A stretch of DNA of 64,000 nucleotides from Octopus vulgaris (taxonomy: Eukaryota), in the NCBI GenBank assembly GCA_951406725.2, contig OX597825.1, positions 33,480,001 through 33,544,000 on the forward strand. The letters run 5' to 3'. Under the pieces are notes generated by a model, which was given only the letters and a program-made list of their open reading frames with translations, had not been told where the DNA came from and ran no database searches. Below, piece by piece: positions 49,582 to 64,000 of this stretch. Positions within the stretch are counted from its first letter, which is position 1. Each line of letters begins with the position of its first letter. A program made the position numbers and the translations under genes.

Positions 49582-51329
49582 ATTAGGTAAATAAGATGAG
49601 GAAAAAAATATCCTTCAGGAAAATATAATCTCAATATTTTATTTCACAGTGAATACAAATAATTTGTAAATGACTTCAGCATTTTTATTAGCAAAATTGA
49701 TGCAAAAAAAAAAAAAAAAAATGTGATGAAAGAGTAAAGAATTAAACCATTATCAATACCATGCCATCTCTCAATGACACGTCTCTCTATAAAAGAATAA
49801 TTTCACTTAATGATTGGCTCAACTAAATTCATTGATTAAAAACCATAAAGAAAATATCCAACAAATAAAGACTGACATTTTAATAACATCAAAAATTTAA
49901 TTTCCAAACGAAAAAGAAAAATAACAAACAAAATATTTGAAGCAAAAAGGAAAAAGAAAAGATAGAAAAAACAGTCAGAATCCTTTTGTGTAAAATTGAT
50001 CTCTAGAAAACTTCGAAATTTATCAAAATAAATAAATTAAGAAACAAAAATAAATAATAGATTGCAAAGAAGCCAAATAAGCAGTCCTCATCATCATTGT
50101 CATCACCACCACCACCACCACCACCATCATTATCATATGTCCGTTTTCCATGCTTGCATGGAGTATTAATAAATCAAAGATATTTATAAAGTAGTATTGA
50201 ACTTGTGTTCAATAGGTATCTTGTCTGTTGTTGCATCATGCTACTTGGAAAACTAGTTGAAGAAACAAAAGATTTTATTTAGGTATTTTTTTTTTTTTTA
50301 TTGAAAACCATTATTGGGAATTGTAGTGTTTTGTTATATTTTATTTTATTGTTCCTTTAATTGTATTCTTTGGATTTGGAGAAAACAAATACATATGAGA
50401 CCCCCAGCCTAAGAAAACCATTCTATTCATCATCACTATTATTTTAATAGCTACTGACTTAAATATAGTATTGAAGTAACTTAGGGGATAAATTAAGATG
50501 AAGCTTGCCTCCCAACCATGTGACCTTGGATTTAGCCTCACTGCACAGCTTTTTAGGCAAGTGTCTTCTACTATAGTCTGAGCCAGCCAAAGCTTTGTGA
50601 GTGTGGATTTGATAGACAGAAACTGAAAGGAGCCCATCATATTTGTATGTTTTTGTGTTTGTTCCCCACCAACACTTGATAGCTTGTATTGGTTTGTTTA
50701 TGTCCTTATTACTTACCAGTTCAGCAGAAGAGATCAATAGAACAAGTGCTAAACTTAAAAGAATAAGTACTGGTGTCAGTTTATTTTGCCTCTCCCTCCC
50801 GGTTAAAGGCGGGAATAATAATAATAATAATTAATAATAATAATGTGTTTATCAAAGCCCTTCATCATATACCTACGATGTGGTTACTGATAACTCTTCT
50901 TAACACTCTACTTCTATATATCTGTTAAAGTCAATGTAATTACTGATATATCTTCTTTTAAATATAATGCTTATCCATTTCTCAGTTACTTTTTGCTGTT
51001 ATTTCCTCAAATAACTTTCTTTGGATGAGAGTTTTGCTGTTATCCACACATGAAATAAATTCCAGTTTCACAACTAGGTTCCTTGGCAAATGTTAGATGT
51101 TAGTACTTCAAAGTTATTGGTAAGCTCTAACATCTAATTAGATTCTTCGGTCTGCTATTAAGGATTGCTTGTAGTATCCAATTTACTGGTTGGTTCCTTT
51201 TAAAACTAAATTATTCTATTTCCTTCGTACTCAACATCAATATTTTCTTGTCTTAGCTAACAGTAAGTGTTGGAAATGTGTCAGTTTCCATATTAAGTTA
51301 GTCTAACAGTTATGATATTGTGTAGTATA

Positions 51330-52500
51330 TTAAGTTGGTGCAGAAATAACTGTGATTTCTAGCCATCAGCAATATATCTCAGTTCAGAATATATTTCATT
51401 AATCAAAATAGTAACCTTTAGGATCTATACATTTTTGCCAATAAAAAGCATCTACTTCTTCCAGTATTATCTGCAGTTCTGCTATTGATAAATTCTTTGG
51501 AAAAAATTTTTCTTGAAAGCTGCCTCTTGGTTGTAGAAGACCTTTCCAGGAGTTTATCAACATGGTTGGCTGGGGTGTAGTCTGCTCGCTGAGGTATAAT
51601 TTCATAGCTCAGTTCAATTTCTAGTGATGCAATTGAAAATGCATCACTAGGTATGCAACTGAAGATTATCAAAGAAAACAATTGGCACTTTTCAAATTAC
51701 CAATACTTCATATAAATGTTTCAGTTCTCTGCAGATTTTGTCAATTTCCTAGCCTATCTCTGTCAATATTGCCGCTGTAATGGTTTCAGCAGGATTTGAG
51801 AAACAGTAGTGAATGATTCTACTTGCCAACCACAGAATAACAACCATAACCTTTTGATGTGACTTTGGCTTCGGGTAACGTTTTGGTGCTTCAATCTTGG
51901 TCCAGCCACTGTCAAAAGCAGTTACTTCTGTATAGAATCTATTTTTCATCAATTGCCACGATACAATAAAAAGAAAAAAAAAAAGTATCATTTTACTGTG
52001 CAAAAGGAGGACAAAGCATGTCATAGCAGTAGTTTTATCGAGATTGTAAGGCACTCATTTGCCCATTGTTTTTAACTTTCCTCTGTGGTGCTAATGTCAA
52101 ACAGCTGTTGAAATGGTTAATGTTCAGTTCTTCTGTAACTTTTTAAGTTCCTATATGTAGGCCCACTTGACTAATGACCTCAGATGGTGTTTTGGTCAGT
52201 CGTAGAAGCTTGTCCATGACTTTCTTATCTTCAAGGCTCTTGTCCCCAGTTTGAAAATTTTTAAACCACTGTTTAGGTGAACATTTATTGATGGTCCTGT
52301 AACCAAATGCTTGGTTGATATTGCAGTTAGTTTCCACCACTACATTCCATTTTGAATTAATTTGACATCCTAAAATAAACAGTGAAAATAAAAACTCAAG
52401 AATAACTCAACAGACTGAAATTAGTGCCTTTAAAATGATGTATTACATAATTAGTTGAATAAAATATACACGAAGGTTTAAAATAACAAAATTTGCATTT
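51330..52500 (-). mobile_element. decayed mariner (cecropia/Hsmar1-like) transposon
   Basis: TA-TTAAGTTGGTGCAGAAATAACTGTG TIR; fragments ETNCNINQAFG..QWFKNFQTGDKSLED and EAPKRYPKPKSHQKVMV..IIHYCFSNPAETITA; other TIR not recognisable. Confidence 0.85.
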
Positions 52501-53494
52501 GTTTTGGTGCAATGAGATTTTTGTGTATTGCATACTGTTCTAGAAGTGCTTAAAAAGAGTCTAATTTACAAAATTAACCCATTTTTGTTATCATAGACTA
52601 TAAAATAAGAACTTATTGTAATTTTTCTCTTAGTTTCATAAGCCTAGATCCCATAATCAGATGATTTTCAAAAATATTTTCATAACATTTACAACTTTAT
52701 TTAAAATATAGTTAATTAAACTAAAAAGTGAGCCTCTAACCTGTTGCTTGACCTGCTTGAAAATGGAAGGTCACACTGAACAGTGTTGTCCTAGATATAC
52801 AAGGCTGAACAATCTTGGTTGGAATAGCTTTGATCACGTGACTGCTCAACTAATGCTGACCTACCACTAAACAAACTGTAACATTCAAAATATATCCAAT
52901 GCTGTCCTTCAAGGGATTATTTGTCATTGCTTCCTTATTATAAAATCTTGCTCCCTTACATAAACGATTTCTTCCAAGCCTTCCTTTAATTGAAGTGAGG
53001 CTTTGATGAGTAAAATGGAAGGGAGGGTCTTGTTAGTTTGTTTTCTTGTCAGAATATTAAGATACAAAGACATTGACAATAAGTGTCAACTGCTTCAAGG
53101 AATCAGTCTGTAATGGTAAACGAGGAGACATAATATAATGAAGAGAAAAAAACAAAATGGAGAGAAATTTAGATCAGAATGTGTGGGAGGAAAAGAAGAT
53201 ATTTGTACTTTGTATAAAAGAAAAGGTAGGAGGCAGGGGGGGGGGGGAGCTTTAGGAAGAGAAAGAAAGAGACTGGAAAATTTGAAGAGTGGTGAGTAAG
53301 TAAAAAGAATGAGCAGACTGACTGGTAAGTTAGTAGATAAAAGGAAGACAAATGATCTTTAATGATGATGTATGTATGAGGAAGAAAGAGAAAGAGAGAG
53401 ACTAACAGACACCAGGTAGTAAACATTAAAGCTGTATATGCGAAGAAGACTGATAGACTCACAGACAGATAAATGCAGCTGAAGAAAGAAAATG

Positions 53495-53530
<36 letters not shown>

Positions 53531-54139
53531 CAGTTTAGTTGAGAGTAATGTTAAACATCTTTGCAAAATATATTGTAAAAAGTAATTCAAAAATAGTTAC
53601 ATTCACTGTTAGCGTATTGTAATATATGAGATAGGCACATAATTAGGGGGTCTTAAAATTTTGTTTCTCTCTATTTCTTCCCCAAAGCAGTAAACAAAAA
53701 AACAAAAACAGTTTCCCCCTCATCCAGTTCATTTATATTAAGTAGTATAATTTCACTAATACAAAGGTATGAAGCCTTTTCTTTTTATCACAAAATGTAA
53801 TTATATAACTGAGAGCTGTCATTTTCAATGTCTCTTGGTATTGGCATAGCTACACAAAATAATAATTTGTAAGTCAAAGAACAGTAGCATTTATAAATGG
53901 CAAAGGAAGCTTAACAATGAAGTTTAACCCTTTTGTGACTAGATTTCTAATGAGTACACTGACTATAGGTGTCAATTAAATTATCAATATAATGAATACC
54001 TTCTGGTGGTTTAACAAACTATCTTTAACTTGATATGTTGTTATTTAGTTCCACACCTGCAATCAGTGGCAGTCTTGTTTTGATCATTTTTTTCTCTTCT
54101 TTTTTTAGTTATAGTGTATCTTGGATAACACCACTATCT

Positions 54140-54530
54140 TTTACTTTTTACATTTTTCAATCATTGGACTGCAGCCATGCTGTGGCACCACCTTGAAGGG
54201 TTTAGTTGAACAAATAATCACCAGTAATTACTTTTTAAGCCCAGTACTTACTCTATTGATCTTTTTTGGCCAAAACACTAAGTTACTCAGAATGAAACAA
54301 ACTTGGTTGTCAAGCAGTTGTTGGGGATGGCCACAAAGACACACACACACATAGATAGTTACATTCATATGTATATGAAATGCTTCTATCAGTTTCTGTC
54401 TACCAAATCCACTCACAAGGTTTTGGTTAGCCTGGGGCTGCAGTAGAAGACACTTGCTCAAAGTATCATGCAGTGAAATTGGATCTATGTGGCTGGAAAG
54501 CAAATTGCCCATATAGCTACAGCTGTGCTT
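54140..54530 (-). mobile_element. family-A SINE
   Basis: consensus blocks in reverse. Confidence 0.75.
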
Positions 54531-54699
54531 GCTATTTAGTGTTTTAATTTTATAAGATGGTAAGGTGTAGTTTGAATGAGGTCTTGCTGCTACCTTGCAG
54601 GTCATGCAACTGCATAGAGATTCATATTATTGATATTGTACTTTCATTTGAGTTAAATGAAATTTAGATTGAAATTTCAATTTAAATACAAACACTAAA

Positions 54700-54935
54700 G
54701 ATTCGAGCGAGGTCATTGCCAGTACCGCCTGACTGGCCCCATGCCGGTGGCATGTAAAAAGCACCTGCTACACTCTTGGAGTGGTTGGCATTAGGAAGGG
54801 CATCCAGCAGTAGAAACTCTGCCAGATCAAGATTGGAGCCTGGTTTGGGCGTCTGGTTCGCCAGCCCTCAGTCAAAATCGTCCAACCCATGCTAGCTTGG
54901 AAAGCGGATGTTAAACAATGATGATGATGATGATG
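54700..54935 (+). repeat. RTE 3'-UTR-derived repeat with (GAT)n tail
   Basis: ggtggcatgtaaaaagcacc...ggaagggcatccagc...gttaaacaatgatgatg. Confidence 0.85.
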
Positions 54936-55320
54936 ACTATCATGACCAGCTCCTGGTAGGTTTGTATTAAAAGAGATAAGTCGAATGTCAAATTTTCTTG
55001 ATTTCTACATTACATCATAAGGGCAGACAACTGGTTGAAATGTTGGACTGAGAAAATACCACATGGTAGTTAACATCTCGCTTCTCTGTTTTGAATTCAA
55101 ATCTAGTTGGAGTTGACTTTGTATTTTGTCCTTCTTGGTGTTGATAAAACAAAGAACCTCTTGACTACTGGGATTGATATAATCGACTATAATTCTCCCC
55201 CAACATATTTTGGTTTTGTTATCTCTGTTAGAAATCAATATTACATCACTGATTATTAGATTACCAACACCTCAAATGTCATTGTTAAGCTCAACAAATA
55301 TTTTGCACATGGAAAAAGAA

Positions 55321-55352
<32 letters not shown>

Positions 55353-56329
55353 GCAATTTTCAGTAAGATGAAAGAAAGAAAAAAATTGTTTTAAATTTGA
55401 CCTTAAACAAATCTAAAAACATCAACAAATCTTTTGAAGATGTGTAAACAATAAAAAAAATATAATAGTAAACAACTATAATAATAATGATTTCTTTATT
55501 TTTTAATGATAGTAATAATAAAATTAATGATGATGATGGTGAGTAGAAAGGATGGAACTTCTGGCATTTTTCCTAAATGTCTTTAAAGCATACTATTTAA
55601 TACCATTAGCAAATAGAAATTCTTTCTAGAGAAAAAGAAATTGATTTAGTATTGATTTCTGTCTGTCTCTGTCCTTCTCTCTTCCTCTCTTGCTACCCCA
55701 CTCTCTCTCTCTCTCTCTAAATATTATCTTGTCATTTAGTATCTCTCTTAATATCCTAATATGTGACCATCATCCATGACTGAAAAATGTAAGTATCTAT
55801 AGTGTTATTACTTCTTACTTTTAAGAAAGAATATCAGCTTATCAAAAATGTAAGTTCAAAACAACATTAACTGAAATTTAATTTAATTTTTCTTTTTTTT
55901 TTTTAAATGATCTTGCTTTATCAAAAAAAAAATGATAATAATAAATAATAATGGATTCAGATTTTGGCACAAGGCCAGGAGTTATGCTCAGCTGGTTCTT
56001 ATCTTAATGACCCTGAAAGACGTAAGTCGACCTGGGCAGAATTTAGGATGAAATGCTCTAAATTATCTTGCCTAGCTTGCTAACAATTCTACCAGCTCTT
56101 CCTTCACCTTAATGATAATGATGATAATTTTATTTGCCAAAAGGGCAATATATGAGGGTATGGTTATATACATAAATTACAGAAGAGTGTAAGAATTGTG
56201 TAAAGAAATAAATGCAAACCAGTTATGGGAAACAACAGCATACAAAAATGAATGAAATGAGATTTACCAGTAGGGGACAGAAATCTAAACCAAACAAATA
56301 GTCCCACAGATTCAGCACTACCATACTAC

Positions 56330-58080
56330 CAATGGTGAAGTTCCTTTCCCAGATGTTCTGTGGCCTCCAGTTCACATGCTAAGGGTAGGTTCATCCACGT
56401 AGATCACTCATGTGGGTCAGTTTCACTTACCTTTTAGCTAGTTTACTGAAGTGCAGCATCTCCCATTTTGCCCTCACCTCCCTCTTCGAATGGAAATTAA
56501 TAAAGTTGATGAGGATTTGACTGAAGAGGAAAGTGTCTGCCTTCAGACCTATCAATCTTATCTACTATACAATCACTTTTTGCTGTAGTCACCAGACAGA
56601 AGAAAACTGACTAACCTTTTTGCCAAAGGAATGCTACAGTAAGAGTCTTGACTAATAAATTATAATGGACTTGACTAATAGATCATGATGGATTTGACTG
56701 ATATCTAGTATTTCCTACAACCATTTGATGTAACTCCACCTGCCAACGCTTCTTAGACAATGATGAATGTATGTAAGATGGCTTGTCACTTGTATGCACT
56801 TCAGACAATCCCAGTAGATTGCACTACTGTGCCTGCTGTAGAGTTTATGTCAACCCCACAATGCCTCCAGTAGTACTGCCAGGCTAGGGGTTTCTGAAAG
56901 TTTCCCATAGTCCCCAGATTGAAAGTTCTCTAAATGAGCTGTTGAGTTAATTTTTGTTGATGCCAAAAATTTCACTGAGAACATTGTTGCTCTTGCCCAC
57001 TACTAATCCTGTATAGATTGCAAGGGTTGATGTACTACTGGCCTTGTTACTCAACTTGCAGAGAACTGTGAGTACTTGACCAGATTTTAGATGCTAAATT
57101 CCCAATCTCTATCTCTACTTGACCCAGAATAGCAGCTCTGTCAAAGAGACAAGCTATTGCATAGCATGTTTCACAAAGGCTGGTCTCACCTTCTCACCAT
57201 CCAAGAATTTCTACAGATATTACCCCCTCAGCTTAACATCAGCCATGGCATAGTGAGTCTATTAACAGAGAGGATTAGCAGTAGATGAATCTTCTGACCA
57301 GTGGCATGCATCCTTTCCACAATTCGTGAACAAGCAAAAGACTTGTTTCTTTCTGTTTTATTCATACTTGTTACCACCTCATATTTCTTTACTATAGTGC
57401 AGATCACATATATTTCATTGGCATTTGACACCACAATGTTGTAGGCAACACAGATTTCCTGTGTTTCATTTTGCATGGGATGCTTTGAAACTTCTAAGTT
57501 TCTATAGTAATGGCTTAAGGACCAAAATGTACTGGAGAAATGTGAGAGGGACATATTTGAGACCAAAAATGTGATACAAAACAGTTCTGATATGTAGCTA
57601 TATAGTCTGATCATCAAGCATCTAACCCAACCTGTGAAACCAGCTGTGCTGACCACCAACAAGTACTGATGGTCAACCCCGTTGAATGTGTTGAATTCAC
57701 AGAACTCCACCAAAGTCAGGTTTATTTCCCACCTTGTCTTTGATGTATCACATGAGCTTGAGGTTGTGGATAGATCTGGCAGGAATCATATAAGTCTAGA
57801 TGCTTGGAACAAGTGTCAACCACTTCTGAGTATTATAACAAATATATTAAATTTTGCTTTCTGCAGAGTTGTAGACCGGATATTGTCTGTGATGCCCCTC
57901 ATGTTTCAAGTTCTGCTCCAACAACACCACTGCTCCCCTGCTAACACAGCTAGGGATGTTCTCAGTCTCTTGCATATTATGATTGACATCCGACACAAGA
58001 GGAGTGCACAAGTTTTGCATGTCTCTCTAAAGCTAAACAGGAAGACCAAGTCAGGGGATCCCATCCTCATACAACCACTC
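56330..58080 (-). mobile_element. heavily decayed L1/Tx1-clade LINE ORF2
   Basis: minus-strand fragments IPARSIHN and FNGVDHQYL..AGF (compare QTCxxPGRSIxDN and KAFDRVDH), plus a C-terminal LINF.FH.KR.VR-like segment. Confidence 0.65.
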
Positions 58081-58216
58081 ATCACACATTTTAACTACCA
58101 TTCTCATTGTTTAAAAAAAAATTTTTTTTAATATTTTTGTAGCATTCCACCTTTTCTGTGTAGGATATCTATTAGAAAATATATTTTGGGCAGGCCACCA
58201 CACTATTTGATAGGCT

Positions 58217-58430
58217 TTAAGCCTTTAGCATTTAAACCAGCATATTCTCCCTGTTTTATGTTCAATCTGGTCAAATCTGGCTTCTCACACATACTTTACA
58301 ATGTCATTCTAAAAATAAGCAATCACATCATTGAAATCTTGAACCTATGTGATAAAGCATGATTAATTCAAAACAATGTGAATAAAAAGCAATACATTTG
58401 ACAGAATGCGCTCAATGCTAAAGAGTTTAA
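58217..58430. mobile_element. TTAA-flanked piggyBac-like MITE (same family as 49366-49581)
   Basis: shared acaatgtcattctaaaaata and tgattaattcaaaaca blocks; TTAA ends. Confidence 0.7.
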
Positions 58431-59444
58431 TACTTTTTTTTTTTATAATAGTTTTATAATAGTTTTATAATAGTTTTATATTAGCATCAGCTCAAATGAC
58501 ATGAAAAATCATCAACTTGTGACAGAGTAGGTTATGACAAACAGGTCAGTTTTCTTTGCATTTTTTGACCTCACTAAATTTTATAACATTATTCTGACAA
58601 CACAAGACAACAACCAAAGAGAGACATACCTATCTACTTATTCCTCTCTGACAATGACTGTATTCACATTATTTGCTGAAAAAAGAAGAAAAAGAAAAAA
58701 AAATTAAAGTAGAGATGAAAGAAAGTAGCCTACTTTATAAAACCCAACCATTTACTGAATTCAATTCGACAGAATGGAGAAAAATATGTGACCAGGTGAA
58801 AGCTGTATGACAAAAGACTTTAATGTGGATGTAATTTGATACTAGAGAAAAAAATAAAAAAATGAATGGTTAATAAATAGTCAAAATGCAATGGATTATT
58901 TCCAGACTGATGGTTACAGTTAATATAAAATCTGGTATGTATGTGTGTATAAAGACAATACAAAGCTCATATAAAGATCTGTTAAGTGATAAATGACATT
59001 AGGCAAGCAGGACAGGAAGCCAGAGGAAATTGTTGCGAAGACAGCTGGCTGTTTAACCAATTGGATTTCATTAGCTATTCATAGCCATTATTAGATGCTA
59101 TGAAACACATTTCAGAATACAAATGGCCTCTCTGCAAACTGAACTCCATGAAGTAAGAAACAACTGAACTCCACATAGTAAGTAAGAAGCAAAGCTGAAT
59201 TTTATGGACTAGAAACTAGCTTGAGCAGTTGAATTTAGTTTTACTTTCTCATAATACTGCCTTACACTTAATGTAAAATCTACATCACTAGATGAATGAA
59301 TAATTCAAAACAATCCACTCATGTTTATATACAAACTGTCAAGATAGTTTGTGCATGGTTGCAAAAATGAATTCTTAACCAGACAGTTATACATGTGTCC
59401 ATTTGTGAAACATTGATATTCATATATATATATATATATATATA

Positions 59445-59676
59445 CTCTTTTACTCTTTTACTTTTTTCAGTCATTTGACTGTGGCCATGCTGGAGCACCG
59501 CCTTTAGTCGAGCAAATCAACCCCAGGACTTATTCTTTGTAAGCCTAGTACTTATTCTGTTGGTCTCTTTTGCCGAACCGCTAAGTTACGGGGACATAAA
59601 TACACCAGCATCGGTTGTCAAGCGGTGTTAAGAGACAAACACAGACACACAAACATATGCACACACACACACACAC

Positions 59677-59721
<45 letters not shown>

Positions 59722-59875
59722 TACAACGGGCTTCTTTCAGTTTGTGTCTACCAAATTCACTCACAAGGCTTTGGTTGGCCCGAGGCTATAGTAGAAGACA
59801 CTTGTCCAAGGTGCCACGCAGTGGGACTGAACCCGGAGCCATGTGATTCGTAAGCAAGCTACTTACCACACAGCC
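59445..59875 (-). mobile_element. young full-length family-A SINE
   Basis: best-preserved copy, CpGs retained (gccgaaccgctaagttacgggg). Confidence 0.9.
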
Positions 59876-59906
<31 letters not shown>

Positions 59907-60134
59907 CTTTTACTTGTTTCAGTCATTTGACTGTGGCCATACTGGAGCACTGCCTTAAATGGTTTTTTAGTCAAAGAAATCAACCCCAGGACTTATTCTT
60001 TGTAAGCCTAGTACTTATTGTATCGGCCTCTTTTGCTGAACCGCTATGGCGACATAAACACACTAACATCAGGTGTTAAGCGATGGTGGGTGTACAAACA
60101 CAGACACAAAGACGCACGCACATAAATATATATA

Positions 60135-60472
60135 TATAAAGGGTAAAGACCCCCTTCGGTCATGAATGACCATGGGATTGCACCTAGAAAGTTACCCTCC
60201 TAGACACAAGTCCGGGCAAGGTTGTTTATGGAAGACCAGCAGTCGACCATGCATACCAGCCTCCCTCTCCACGCCACCAGTGTTATCCAAGGGAAAGACA
60301 AAGGTCGATACAGCTTGGCACCAGTGACGTCGCAACTCATTTCTACAGCTGAGTGAACTGGAGCAATGTGAAATAAAGTGCCTTGCTCAAGAACACAACA
60401 CGCAGCCCGGTCCGGGATTCGAGCTCACAACCTCACGATCGTAAGCTCGACGCTCTAACCACTGAGCCATGC

Positions 60473-60475
<3 letters not shown>
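60135..60475 (-). mobile_element. young tRNA-derived SINE nested in the (TA)n of a family-A SINE (59905-60665)
   Basis: minus-strand head tggctcagtggttagagc...gctcgaatccc; central ttgagcaaggcactttatttc shared with 17172-17670 but a different 3' tail. Confidence 0.85.
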
Positions 60476-60519
<44 letters not shown>

Positions 60520-61857
60520 AGCTTCTTTCAGTTTCCATCTACCAAATCCACTCACAAGGCTTTGGTCAGTCTGAGGCTATATTAGAAGATGCTCAAAGTG
60601 CCACACAGTGCATCTGAACCTGGAACCATGTGGTTGGGAAGCAAGCTTCTTACCACACAGCCACCTATAAATATATATCATCACCGTAATGGTTATCATC
60701 ATTTTAATGTCCACTTTTCCATGCTGCTCTTCCTGTTACCAACCCCCATCTGTTTCCATGTAAAGTAATATTTTCCCATGGCAAGAAATGTTCTTGCAGA
60801 ATAATGGAAGTGAATGACACTGCTTGTATAGCAGTGACATTTATTTTACAACTAATGCATGGTGTGAAGACAAGGAGATATGAGAGAAAAACACACACAT
60901 ACATATATATGGATGTATGTGTACATACACATGATGGGCTTCTTTCAGTCTCTGTCTACCGAATCTACTCACAAGGCTTTGGCTTCTATTGTAGAAGGCA
61001 CTTGTCCAAGGTGTTGCACAGTGGGACTGAACCCAAGACCATATGGTTGGCAAGCAAGCTTTTTAACCACACAATGATGTGTGTCTGTGTGTATTTATTT
61101 TCTTGCTGTGTCTCTTTATGTCTTATAAATTAGTGGATGGACAAATAGCAATTGATAAAATAACTACCAGACCTCATTGAATACTGTGGTTGGTGCCCCA
61201 ACATGACCACAATCCAATGACTGAAACCAGTAGAAGATTCTATAAAATGTGTAAGAAGATAAATTGATAAAAGTAAAAAAAAAAATCATATGTTAATACT
61301 TGATACAGCAACAGTTGCTATTTTCATTGCTTTATCAATTCTGTTTTTAAGTTGTTCATGTGCTTCATATGTTTTGAATCAGTTGGGATTAAGATTTTCT
61401 GATTATTCAGTTGAGGAAAATGAAGTATATTTTATCATTGTATCATTCTCTGTATTCTTGTCACTATAGTTATCAATATTTCTGTAGCTGGTGGCAGGTT
61501 CTCTAATGCAATGCTAAATTCTTGGCAAATTGAAATTGGAATCTGAGTTGGGAGTTTATTCACTTATGTTGCTAATACCCTTAGGAAAAGCATAAATCTT
61601 AAAACTTTCTATTAATTTCCTCTATCTAAAATTACATGCATCATGCTTTCATAGGAAGACAGTAGTTATAAGAGCATAAGTATTTGTACACAGATTTATA
61701 CGTCTCTTCTCAGTTGTCATTTGCTTATTTTAAACTATTTTGGTACCAATCTGTCTGATGTCCTCACATACTAAAGTGCTTGTATTTAAATTAAAATTTT
61801 TATCAGAAACTCATATAACCTAGTATAAGATTTCATTTGGTTAACACCAACATAATA

Positions 61858-62338
61858 CAGTAGTGGACATTTTATATGACTCCTAAAAATCCAGGAATAC
61901 CATGCAATACCACGCAGTATACTGTACCCTGTATTGAGTAAACAAGCCCTGTTTTTGTAGGTGGTTGATTTATTTATGGTGTGTTAAAAATAGTCTTGTT
62001 CTTTATTTTTTTAAAGTGGATTGGCAAAGATTAAGCATAATCTGCTTTAGAAGTGTGTTAATTTGTTCCCATATCTGTTAAATTTGCACTCTATAAACAT
62101 TAGAATGTATAAATGATACAGTATGTTATGTCTTAAGAATTTTAAGTTGATTAGTAAGTATCAGACCCTGCTGTAGAAGTGTATTATTTGGAATCTTTTA
62201 AATACAATTTGGTTCTTTACTTTTCAGAGTCTGTTTTATATTTTAAGTATATATTTAGACTGTCTCCAGAAAACCAGGAGATCCAGAAGTCTTGGATGCT
62301 CCTAGTCCCAAGCTTGTCAGATAATTGGTCCTGCATTG
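61858..62338. mobile_element. Tc1/pogo(Tigger)-like MITE
   Basis: TA-CAGTAG ... CATTG-TA ends; homologous to 9815-10973. Confidence 0.6.
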
Positions 62339-63264
62339 TATATATCACCAGTGTATAGTTATATTTTTCTAAAGCCTTCAAAATGTTGATTATATTGAAA
62401 TATTTATTGAAAGAAGTAGCCCGTCTATTCATTAGATATATAATCAGGTAAGAGTTAAATCTCTTCTGTGATCAGTATTATATTTTGATGTAGTAAATAT
62501 TTTTGGTAATTAGTTGAAGAAAAACTGAGAGAATTAACCAAAGGCTGGTTAATTATTTAGTCAAGGGAACATCAAAAATATTACTAGAAATGTTTGTGGT
62601 GAGGAAAACATTAACTCAATGACTAATGTAATTATTTAGTTAATGTTGCTTCCTCCTCCACTGAGTAGGAATTTCTGATGAGATTTTTGATACTCATTTT
62701 ATTAAATGTGTGAACACTAACTTAACTATTGTTTTCTTGCAAATGATACTCCTGAATAACTAATCTCAGTGATATAGTTTCTAAGCTATTGGTGATTTTA
62801 GTTAAAAAAATCTACCAAACTATGTATGCAGGAGATCCAAAAATTCTGTTAATCAACCCAGAACACATAAGACCTAGAACAGAGGCAGTACCTAAGAAAA
62901 CCAACAGATTATATGCTTGCTTATCAGCCTGACTGAGATCTTCCATCACCCCATAAAGTACTCTTTGAAGATTGTCCAATAGAATAATAGAATGCTTAGA
63001 GAATTGCTAACTCCCTAAAAAGAGTTAACTTAATGATGCTAAATGCTGTTGTGATCTTGACTGAATTGTTAAATAACTTTTTATTAAATTCTTTAAGTCT
63101 TTTCACATGAGAATGATCATAAGTTAACAAATGTGGAAACTGACTGGGAGATTTTTACTGTCTCTAATACTAAACACAGTTTTTGGCAGCAGGGACAGAA
63201 GTATAACTGAAATATCCAACGTGGTGGTGCATCTGGTCTTTATCTTGAATTATACTTGTTACTT

Positions 63265-63346
63265 TTGAATATATATGTGTATGTATGTGTGGGTGTGTAT
63301 ATGTATATGTGTGTCTGTATATGTATGTGCATATATGTATATCTGC

Positions 63347-63392
<46 letters not shown>

Positions 63393-63422
63393 GTGTGTTT
63401 GTGTATATATATATATATATAT
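63265..63422. repeat. compound (TA)n/(TG)n microsatellite
   Basis: directly visible. Confidence 0.95.
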
Positions 63423-63829
63423 CTCCACAATCACCTCCTTTCTGTGCTTTCTCTCCTCTCTGTTGTTCTCCATCATTAACACCTACCACACTTATGTACT
63501 CTCACCTATCACAACATCTGCCCCCTCCACCAAGACTCTCATATTTAACTCTATTTAGTTCTCTCTATCACCACACCTATTCTCACTACTCCAATGACTC
63601 CTGATGGTATATCCTGACATCTTTGCCACCATCTCTCTCATTATTGGTCTCTTTCTTTTACTCTAACTTACCCTCCCTTCTTTTACAGCTGGAGTTATGA
63701 TGTATCTACTCTACAGCATGACACCTATTACTGTCCCTCTGTCCCTCTTATCAACTGGCACAAAACCCCTCCTCCCCCGCACACTACTAATCCTTCCTCC
63801 GAGTTGAAGGGATTTTTGTCTTGTAAATT

Positions 63830-64000
63830 ACTTAAAATGCACTGGTGCTGATGCAACATAAAAAACACCGGTGCTGGTGTTGCATAAAAAGCACTGGTGT
63901 CAGTGTTATGTAAAAAGCACCCAATACACTCAATAAAGTGGTTGATATTAGGAAGGGCATCCAGCCATAAAAAAAAACATGCCAAAACAGACAATGGAGC
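63830..64000 (+). repeat. RTE 3'-UTR-derived repeat running off the window end
   Basis: tandem taaaaagcac units, then ggaagggcatccagccat. Confidence 0.75.

Noticed and set aside
57682-58131. 149-aa plus-strand ORF as a host gene
   Set aside because: It is the antisense frame of the decayed L1/Tx1 element.

Overview
AT-rich, microsatellite-dense eukaryotic DNA with no intact protein-coding gene that I can support; it reads as intronic or intergenic. The SINE, LINE and microsatellite repertoire points to an Octopus (coleoid cephalopod) genome, which is an inference. Contents: dozens of tRNA-derived SINEs of at least four families, (GAT)n-tailed RTE 3'-end repeats, decayed RTE, CR1/L2-group and L1/Tx1 LINE fragments, two mariner relics, several MITEs, a non-autonomous Helitron, a decayed Penelope-like (Naiad-type) retroelement and a U6 snRNA pseudogene. 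Highlights: (1) The Naiad-type element has an in-frame TGA at a conserved zinc-ligand Cys position, followed by a SECIS-like hairpin and a hammerhead relic, so it may be a fossil selenoprotein-encoding retroelement. (2) An apparently intact extended type-I hammerhead ribozyme sits directly after a U6-SINE junction. (3) About seven hammerhead-derived motifs occur, most of them in short inserts beside (TA)n tracts. (4) There are fold-back SINE insertions flanked by direct repeats, and short local duplications. All calls were made by eye; coordinates of decayed repeats are approximate.
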